Of a stretch of DNA of 64,000 nt, positions 51,800 through 61,225 are shown piece after piece. This DNA is from Ascidiella aspersa (Eukaryota). The notes under the pieces were generated by a model. That model was not told the origin of the DNA. It searched no databases and worked only from the letters and a program-made list of their open reading frames with translations. The number at the start of each line of letters is the position of its first letter. Within the stretch, counting starts at the first letter, position 1. Position numbers and translations under genes: made by a program. The stretch spans positions 11,160,001 through 11,224,000 of the forward strand of contig OZ004608.1 of NCBI GenBank assembly GCA_963924565.1. The letters are read 5' to 3'.

Positions 51800-54700
51800 A
51801 TGTTGCTGCTGCTGCTGCTGGTTGCCTAACGACAGGTTGCTGATGATGGAGGAGGTGGTGGTGGGAATGTTGTCGCTGTGTCGGGATTGGAGGTGATACT
51901 GTGCAGAGATGGGACAGTTTAGGTTTTTACATAAATTGAAAAACAATATCCCTACCAATGTTTGGTATTACGCCACTAAATACTATTCACCGAGACTTGA
52001 TGGAGAAATGCACTCTTCGAGAAGCAAAATCTAGGGTTAACTTTTTTAAAGATAGTGTGCGTGGTAAAACCATTTTCAGCACATAATTAAATTGGTGAAA
52101 TTCGTGGAGAATTAATGATTTAAAGTCAACGGCGAAAACATTGAATTGGCTAAACAGCAAATTAAACACGTTGAAAAAGGACGTCAATGCGTGGTTGTCG
52201 AAGTGAAACTATAACATTTTGACAGTTCAATGTGCATTGTGTAGAATAGTATTACGTATTTACGAAATTTGCCTTTGTCAGTCTTTTAAAATACACTCTG
52301 TATTGTTAATCAAAAAATCAGCGGTTTAATAAACGAACATTCTGATAAGTTTATAAAAACGCAAGTGTGTGTAGTTGAAGTAAACGTTTTGTCATGTGGT
52401 GTAGGTAACATCGTATTATACACAATGATTAGGCATTTTGCGTGAAACTCTGGATCGGTAAATATATACTGTGAGCAGTTTAGGCTTACCTGCAGTTGGT
52501 AAGATTGTGAGAAGCCTTCGCCACAAACAGTGCACCAAAACGGCTGGGGGTGGGTCGACATGACGTGGTTCTGATCAGGGTAAATATTTCAGTAAAACAA
52601 TCACAATCGACAAATATTTCTATGGGAAATTATTTTATCAATGGCATACAAATCTTACTCCTTGTAACATAATACAAATAGATGTAGTAGTTTTCCTGTT
52701 GCGTAAACCTAATAAACTTGCACTTGAAGAAAATAAACTGCAAAATTTCGTGCAAAGTTTACGGTAATTAGGCATTATGATGCTCACTTCGAAAATAAAA
52801 CTAAGATTAAAATATAATCTCAATTTTAAAAGGCCAACATTCTACAACTAAATCAATGACCATTTATCATCTAACAATATTAACCTGGACCATCAAACAT
52901 ATGGGGACAAGTACCAAAATTTTACGATCTTTCAAATCCCAACACAATAAATAATGTGAGGAAAATGGACGCAGTAGATTTTTCTTTCTCAAACACCAAA
53001 TAAAGTTGCAGCTAAAGGCAAATCAAACACAAAATTTCGTTAAAAGTTTTTATTATCAGGCATTATAATGCAACTTCGACGTTTAAAACTAAACTTTCAA
53101 AAAAAGATATTAATTTTAAAAGGCTAACACTATATAATTTAAATGGCAATTTAACTCATTGTCCACTTATCTTCTAAGAATATTAACCTGGGTCATTAAG
53201 CAAGTTGTACCCTTTTTACAACTTTTTACACAATAAGCGTACCTGCAGCATGGTTACGGTGGAGAAGATCTGGCCGCATTCGTAACACCTGTTCATGTGC
53301 GATTGAGCGGTCGGCAAAGCGAGGCTGCTGGAAACGTCGCTGTGTTGGCTTTCCTGCTGTTGTTGCTGTTGCTGTTGCGGCTGTTGTTGCTGTACTTGTA
53401 GCGCCGAGAACACCTGTAGTGGCGCGGTGTTGCTGTTGCTGTTGTTTAGCATGACGCTGGTCGGCACCAAAGCTGCGCGAAAAGGAAACAGTTTTCGATA
53501 CGTTGGTATTTGAAAAACGAGTTTTATAACAGATGCTGTTTCCACACGTAATGGTAGCTTGAGTTATTGTATCTGCTTGCATGGTTGGTTCATTTTTCAG
53601 ATCTTTATCGCATGAAAACTAAAACTTATTAAGAATGATGCGGGTGGAGCTAAAGTAAAATGCACTAGTCTAAAATATAAATATTTTTGGGTTAAATTTA
53701 ATACTAACATTAGATTTTGTTTAGCATTTTAATAGCATAGTTTACTGAGAAGTTTATGTGATAACCAGGACCAATCTTAGAATGTCACAGAAAACCAGCT
53801 TCAGCTGCCTTTACACCGTTTCAAAGGTATCTTTTCCTACTTTTTAATGTTTCGTTGATGTTGTGCACGCGAATCAAGTGCGTCTTCAGGTAAGACTGAA
53901 TGGAAAACCTCTTGGCGCAAATCGGACAGTGAAAATTCTTCTCCTTGGAGTGAACGGCCTGGAATAAAATAATTTACTTTCTTACGATTGATTGAATTTT
54001 CCAAATTAACATGTTAAATGCAGAAAAATGCTTCTTTTTCCCTCTGCATTCAAAAGTTTTACTTTAGTTTTATCGGATATGCCATCACGCTTACATTCTG
54101 TTGCCTTAATTGTCGTTTAATGGCGCTTAATATAATTACCAGTCATGTAGGGAATATAATCAGTCGGTGACATTCTTGTGTCCATTAAAGCTGTTTGTCT
54201 TTACCGCAACAATTAGATTTGTGGCCAACCTGCATATGATGCTTGAGGTTGCCGGCCTCGGCGAAAGTCCATCCGCATTTGGCGCAAGAGTGCGGCCTCT
54301 CCCTCATGTGAACACCGCGCATGTGACGGTTGAGGTCGCTGCGGCGTCCAAAGCCCTTACCACATTCCTCGCACTTGTGAGGTTTGTTCTGATAAAAAAA
54401 ACAATACATCTGTTTTTCTATTTAATACTGAATGTTACTGATTGGAAACCGATTTGTTTCACTAACGAGGGTTGATCAGAAAATTGTGACATAATACAAA
54501 TCTTGTCTGTTTAACACGATGAAAAATACTTGCTTTGTTCGCGCAAATGAATGTTTCAAAATTGGATTAAAAGCCAATTGCGTTCCCGTTAGATTTTTTA
54601 TTGGCTTATGGATCGCAAAAACAAAAGTCGGTCAAAACGTTTTGCAATGGCCACCACCACAGACCGGGTGCCGTCCTTGCGCCTTAACGAAAAAGTTAAC

Positions 54701-57700
54701 TCACGTGCACTGCAAGCAGGTGCTGCTTCAGGTAGGTGGTGTTCTTGAACGTCTTGTCGCAGTCCTTGCACTGCAGCGGCTTACCGCTTTCGACCCCAGC
54801 TGCAGTCATCTGCCCACCACCTGCCCCACCACTTGTATTACTACTACTGTTATTAGCGAGAGCTTGCTGCAGTTGGTTAGGGTTACTTGAGCTGCTGCTG
54901 CTCGCTGTGGTGCCGTGTACGTTTCGCAGGTGGCTCGCCAGCAGCGAAGGCTTCATGAAGCTTTTACCGCACTGGGTGCAACTGGGAAGGAAAAGGGTTT
55001 CTTTCTTGTGCATAGTTTATTGAAAATTCTCGCTGACATATTTGCCTCATGTAGCAGGCCGAAATGCGGCATCTATAGGATGTTTCCAACACTGGAAATT
55101 CTAATTTATATTCGGCTACGAAGATTTGATTGCATTCCTTAACTACAGATGGTCTTGCTTAAAAAAGAAGAATTACACTGCCATATCACGCTACTGAAAC
55201 ACTCTTCACACATGTGTGTACAACTGAGATCTCACTCATGTGAAGAAGTTGTGTAGGGAAAGAAATATTTATTAATTTTCCATTTTTTTAAAAGATTAAA
55301 AGTTTTTAATTTTCATACTTTAAATTCGAAACGCTGTCCTTTAATTTAGCATCCTATACAACTTCACACACTTAATGACTTGTTTTGGCTTCACTTACAG
55401 GTGGTGCATGATGCGTGGTCCCTGCACGGTGTGGGCCATGTATATGTGGTAGTTAAGCTGGCCGCCGTTGGTGAAGCTGGCGTTGCACTCGCTACAGGTG
55501 TAAGTGGCGTTTGCTGGCTGGATGTCGTTCGAGTGAACCGCCTTCATGTGGTCCTACATGGATAATATTACATATACTATTGCTACCAAGAATATTATAT
55601 ACTGAAAAAGTTCTTCCGGGACTTATTTTATTCGACGTTTACCGTACTTCTTTTCAGTATATGGAAAACATTAAGTTGTCGCTGTCAGCTATTGTTATTG
55701 GTTTATTTGTGTTCGATAACGTACAGTGATAAAATGTGTTTTCGTTTCCTACTCAAGGGTTATGCTTTTAAATTCAGTTTCGTGTTAAAAATGTATGTCT
55801 AAGAAAAAACGTTTTCAGAAGGACGACGATTTTAGTACCGACTGTGTCTATTAGTGTGGCTTATTCGTTAAGTTGTCAGCTATGCTCTCTTAATAAATAA
55901 ACATTACAGCACACTTTGATGAATTTTAGGCACATAACGCTGAGACAATGGTTTTCATAACATTCTTCGTTCATGACTTTCTTATTGATGCTTAGTCAGT
56001 TTAATTAAAAATATAGGAACGCAGAATTAAATACAAGACCTTTCTTCAATTTAAAAAAGGTTTAAAAGAAAAAAAAGGTTTTAAAAATGAATTGCGGTTT
56101 TGAAAGCTTTCCGTTTAGTTTTCGTACGCAAAAAAGTAAAAATAGCAAACTGGAAGAAGTTAGAAGTGGCTTCATAAGCCGAGCGAGGAAAAGAAAGCGA
56201 CAACACTTACTCTGAGGTGATGAGCAGCGAGAAAGCTCTCGGGGCAGGAATTGCACTTATGTGGCCTGGCCTGGAGCTCAGCGTGCGCTACGAACGCGTG
56301 GTAGCTGAGCTGACCAGCCTGCTTGAACGTCTTATTGCACTCGGCTGGAAAAGTTTTGCATCGCGTAAGACTGGATGTTAGTGTTAGTGTGTAAATCGAC
56401 TAATAAACCTATGTTTTACAAGGTTGTTGTTTGAGTGGTATGGTTAAACGTATTTATGAATTTTACACGTACTACCGTTTTTGCTCAACTGTATTTATAT
56501 GAAGTGCTATATTATATTAATTATAAATTTGTTCGTCCGACAAAGATAGGTTTAACATTTGTATGCTGACATATGCTGACAGTTGTAGTTTTGACTATCT
56601 ATTCATTGATTTATCAATGAAATGTAATCAAGAAAATAGACTTACTGCACTTGTGTTCTTCTTCATTGGGAGAACTGGGTGCGCCACTTGCATTGTCCGT
56701 TGCAAGTGCTGTGCTGCTAATAACTAAAAAAAAAACACAACAAATATTTAATGACATGATTCTGGAAAAAACCTTGTTGTACATGCCCCAAAACAAATCA
56801 ATAATTGGAATAATATCAAGTTAATTATTTTTTGTGGTTTGGTGTCGCTGCTTCAGAAAAAGTCCTGCAAAACTGTTACCCTGTTGTGACAATGGGTCCA
56901 GATTGGTTTGCATGAGGGCTGCAACTGTGTCATTGTTTGCGATCATTGCTACTCCACTCTCTGCTGCCGCTTGCTGGATAAAATCTTTGGCAACCGAGGT
57001 AGTTGCCATTTGAGGGGACAACATATGCTGCATGTTGCCCGCAACTAAACATATATCGTTTTAATTTAAAAGCATCAAAATGTATTTTAATGACATTCGA
57101 TAAAATTAAAAAATACGACTGTTTAATCGATCATTTAAATAAATACAATTTTTAACCCCAATAACTTTTTATTTTCAAAATAAACAGTTGATTAAGTTAA
57201 GCTAATTATACCTGCAATGAATTCGGACCAAAATATAGTTAGCAATTATCAAAACTAAACACATCTTTTGTAAACACAAAAGTTTACTTTGAATTGGTGT
57301 TGCATTCGAAATGATGACGTTTGCATTTTGCATTCCAATGTTACTGATAGTTGCCATGCCAGGAAGGGTACCAGTTATGGGAAACACCCCACTTCGCTTT
57401 GAAAGTTGGTTTGCAGGAGGAATGGTTATTTGGTTGAGCGATGGCATGCCGCCTTGGCCAATGAAATTCTTTCCTGCATTCTGAAGTACAAGATGATTTG
57501 TGTATTTTAAAAAAACGGAATGATTAGTGATATAATAAAACATAAATATATTAGCTGGCAGATTGAGCAAAAAATAATTCTTGAAATATCAAACAACCTA
57601 ATTTTGTTAGTTAGGGTGCAGGTTAATGTAAAAAAACAAAAAAAACTTACTCACCAAGTCAGTACTGGCAGATAATCCAGACACACTGCTAGCCACGGCT

Positions 57701-57870
57701 GCAGTGGCCCCAGCAAAAATGTTAGCAAAATTTACCATCGTAGACTGGCTGATCATTGAGAGGTCAGTCTCCTTTGCCTTGCTTGGGTCTTGTTGCTGTG
57801 GCAAGACGTTACACTGGACACCACTGACCACTCCACTTGCTGCAGGCAGCCAGTAGGCATTACTGTCCAT
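47302..57870 (-). CDS. Multi-C2H2 zinc-finger transcription factor with polyQ tracts (~1099 aa, ~19 fingers, 18 coding exons)
   Basis: Exons in transcript order: 57870-57655, 57480-57288, 57044-56880, 56723-56646, 56344-56211, 55553-55399, 54981-54705, 54388-54230, 53958-53841, 53472-53243, 52570-52490, 51898-51581, 50846-50650, 50266-50095, 49660-49505, 48908-48831, 48493-48336, 47716-47302. All introns are GT-AG, phases match, total is 3300 nt. Fingers split by introns rejoin correctly (e.g. HKC|TECNKTFKQAGQLSYHAFVAH; CADCQ|EGFADEMAFKNH), and ERPHKC/EKPHQC linkers are present. Confidence 0.93.
47401..47475 (-). repeat. Coding CAG/CAA repeat encoding 25 consecutive Gln in the last zinc-finger gene exon
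   Basis: 75 nt of CTG/TTG triplets on +; further Q-rich tracts at ~51756-51820 and ~53355-53395. Confidence 0.9.
50493..50630. repeat. Intronic minisatellite, ~2.4 copies of an ~57-bp unit
   Basis: ATCGCCCCTTAAAATCATAGAAATATAATC.CTAAGACACAATATTAA.AACTTGT repeated. Confidence 0.85.
52745..53200. repeat. Diverged intronic tandem duplication (~290-bp period)
   Basis: AGGCATTAT.ATGC..ACTTCGA, AATTTTAAAAGGC.AACA and AATATTAACCTGG each occur twice in order. Confidence 0.65.
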
Positions 57871-57944
57871 TGCTCTTCAATTTTGCCTACAAAAATTTAT
57901 TTAAAAAAACTTAAATTTTTGGTCCACATACTGTATATCTAGGC

Positions 57945-58253
57945 TATTGGTTCCCAACCGGGGTGCTGCAGCACTCTAGGGTGCCATTTTTAATGCTCAA
58001 GGGTGCTGAGAGGTATTTTAATTTTTAGGATTCCAATTTTTGCTTTATTGGTAAGCTTCTTAATTTTTTTTGTGTAGGATAAAAGTGCTAAAATTTAAAA
58101 AGTGTTTTTTAACCTTGTTGCACACGTAATATGCCGTTTCAATTTCATTTATTGTAACGTTACAGTCCATGCAGCAAGAATACGAGCAAGGGTGCCACAA
58201 ATTATTTATAATTTTGTGGGGTGCTGCAAGCCAAAAAAGGTTATGAAACACTG
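57945..58253. mobile_element. Intronic hAT-type MITE
   Basis: Ends TATTGGTTCCCAACC / GGTTATGAAACACTG, repeated GGGTGC(T/C) motifs, TSD ATCTAGGC / AGCTAGGC (7/8); related end fragment at 44385-44436. Confidence 0.75.
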
Positions 58254-59139
58254 AGCTAGGCAAACTAATAATATTAGTGCAGTTGTAAGTTAGTCAAAGC
58301 ACTAGGAAAAATACAATATGACAAAATTTTACTTTGTAACTTATACATTGCAAAGCACTATTAAGATTCCACTAATACCTTTTAATTAATTTTTTTGTTT
58401 GAGTGATGTTTGCAGCTGTTAACAAAATGTCCTGCAAAATTATGTTTAAAGGCTTTAAAAAATTTGAACTTTTGTTTTACATATCTCCACTGCTGGAAAG
58501 CTACAAACAAACAAACTGACAATACAATGTTTTTAGAATTCTTTTTTTAAATTTCATCAAATAAATTTCATCAAAAAAGGCAGCCCAAAACAAAACATTC
58601 TGCCCAAATATTATTTTATAGGCTTTGTTCAATAGAATTCAATTTATTTTTGTTCTATTTTGATTTTATATAATGTGAAGGCTATAAAAGTGTGATAAAG
58701 TAATAGACAACGTAGAAAATTTCTCTTTTGCCACCTTAAGCTTGCAGAGGCCCGATTTTACAAGTTTTATTTTCGCTTCACATAGTTTCAATTCCATATG
58801 ACATGATAAGCATATTTCTAGTTGTGAAGAAAATTCGAGTTGTACATGCAGCTGTAAATCAGTGATAGCAAATCACAATCTGGAATAATTTATTTCCTCC
58901 ACTACACAATCTCATTTTGACTGAGTTTTAATGTTTGAAGTTCAATCTATTTTTAGCAGTTCAAATGAAAATTTAAAATTGGCAATTGCTTTAAAAAGAT
59001 TTACCTGTTATGAAATTGTTTAATAATGAATGCGTCAATTATTGTTATGTGGCAACCCATCCGGTAAAGAGTTTTGTTTATGTGCAACACGTGTGAATGA
59101 AATGCAATTTTGTTTGTTAAACCCGTGCACTGCGCATAC

Positions 59140-59760
59140 CGAAATTGTTTCCGCAGGTCAAAACGTGTTTTTTTACGAATCAAGGTGGTGTATTGGGCCT
59201 TATGACGAAACAAATACATGCCGGGACAACAACTACAACCGATCAGCTGATCCAAGTGCGCCTGTGTGCGCAGTTTCGCCGAGAAAAAGGACCACAGAAA
59301 CACACACTTGTGCTGGCAGTGGCACGGCCGAAGCGCTGCCGGTGGGTGTTAGCGCAACGCAAAAGCGCCGACGAAACACACACAATTCAGCATTTCGCTG
59401 CGCGGCGCGCGCCTCCATTTTGCTTTCGCATAGACATGCATTGACCGCCGCGCTTTGCGTAAGCGACTGGCACACTCAAAAACGACGCACAAACTATCGG
59501 CCTACTACCGTCAAACTGGGCCATAAACTCACCTGAAATGTTTTTAGCGTTGTCCGTCTTTGGACGAAGGATGCTGTCGATCTTTTAAGGCTTTATCATC
59601 GTTCTTTAATTGCTTGTTTCGGCTAATATCTTACGCGGAACTGGCGCACGGCTCACACAATCACTAGCGCTCCGCGATTGGGCGCAAGCCTGACGCGCTC
59701 ATTCACGTCACAACAATTCAACCATTTCACATATTCATCCGCGCATTATGTTACCAACTT
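59140..59760. promoter_or_regulatory. CpG-rich shared (bidirectional) promoter region between the zinc-finger gene (-) and the BRC-repeat gene (+), including a non-coding first exon of the zinc-finger gene ending at 59533
   Basis: CpG-dense island between two divergent genes. Strong minus-strand donor CAG|GTGAGT at 59533/59532; ATTGG (inverted CCAAT) near 59677 and CRE-like TGACG/CGTCA motifs at 59690-59710. Confidence 0.55.
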
Positions 59761-60326
59761 ACTTCTCGCTATAAACAGGAAACGAAATTATGCAAACAAT
59801 AAAATAATCAAATTTACATGTTTTAATCATCAACAAGAAAAACGAATGTTTGTCACGAAACGACCACAGATTTTATAGATAAGTTCAAATATTTTTAACA
59901 TTCCAATTATTTTTAAATAAATGGCATGTCATTATAAAAAAATTCAAAGCATGTTTAAATATAAAACATGAATTTTACAAATGATACTAAACAGAGTTGG
60001 CAATTCCCTCGAATATAAATAAATGTCAAACCTTCTGTATGCCATGGTTCAATAAGTTTCGACATGGTATCTGATTTTTAACTTTGGGTGACCAAATTGT
60101 TTGGCGGCAAATACAACCCATTGCAATTGTTATTGCTCTGTAACACTTGTTTAACTTCGAAAAGGATTCCTAACCTGTGTTGCTACCGACGACCACTGGA
60201 GCTGTCTGGAGGAGTGCATGCTTATTAATATTATAGGAAGAATTTACAAACACTTTGACCTCGAGACATTTTTTAGAGGTACTGTAAAATTAATAATTGA
60301 CTTGATTTAACTTGTTATATATCAGC

Positions 60327-61151
60327 CCAGGTTGGAAAGTTTGGCCTGCGCGGGGGATTTATCCAGCAGCACCTTCAGCCGCGGTCACAGCCGCGCATTT
60401 TAGAGAAAATGTGTTCAGCCGCGCAAACCTGACTCAAGCAAACGCGCAAAACTTCAGCCGCGCAAACTTCTGTATGGAACTAAATAACCTAAAAATAAGT
60501 AATACTACTAAAATATAAATACGGGCTTTAACAAACTTTACTATTTACGAGAAGTATATTAACGTAATAGAAACGTTAGTATGGCTCCTGTAATACTGAC
60601 GTCACATTTATTCCCTCATCACTCGTGTATGACCGAAAATGTGTCACCTTAAACCAGGCCTGCACAACTAAAATGGTACAAGGGCCACAACAAGCACAAA
60701 AAAAATTGGCGGGCCGCATACTGAAGTTGCATCACATTTTTAAACGCTAGTCTATAAGACGTATATAATGTAATGCATCATATAGAACCCCCTGCAAAAC
60801 ACTAAAAACGCACAGTTCGGCGTTTTGGTCACGCATCAGTGGACAACGGTCACGTGTTTAGTGACGTCAAATTAGGCAATATCGAGTAATATTGCATATC
60901 AAAAGCTACACTATCAAAGTTTTTAAATATTTAGCTGCGCCCGCACACCAACCAAAAATTGCTCAGTGCTTCAAGTATTCTATGAACGCTGTAAACCTGT
61001 AAGTTTATTATAATGTCGCAACTTACAACGTTCGGTAGCCTGGTGGTTTATTTTCAGCCGCGCAAGTTCAAGTCGAAATTTTATTTTCAGCCGCGCATTT
61101 TTTCAGCTGCAAAACATCTCCCCCGCGCAATATCCAAAGTTTCCAATCTGG
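60327..61151. mobile_element. MITE with ~30-bp imperfect TIRs and perfect 8-bp TSD, just upstream of the first coding exon of the BRC-repeat gene
   Basis: CCAGGTTGGAAAGTTTGG...GCGCGGGGGAT at the left end and its near reverse complement ending 61151; TSD ATATCAGC at 60319-60326 and 61152-61159; repeated subterminal CAGCCGCG; a second hAT-like left end (CAGGCCTGCACAAC) at ~60655. Confidence 0.85.
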
Positions 61152-61225
61152 ATATCAGCTATAAGTGCCTCATATTATGCAATAATGTTACCCTTTTAGT
61201 TAAAATAGCTGTACACTTGGCTGGA

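Noticed and set aside
59030-59536. 168-aa plus-strand ORF
   Set aside because: Lies in the CpG island/first intron of the zinc-finger gene, with no recognisable protein features.
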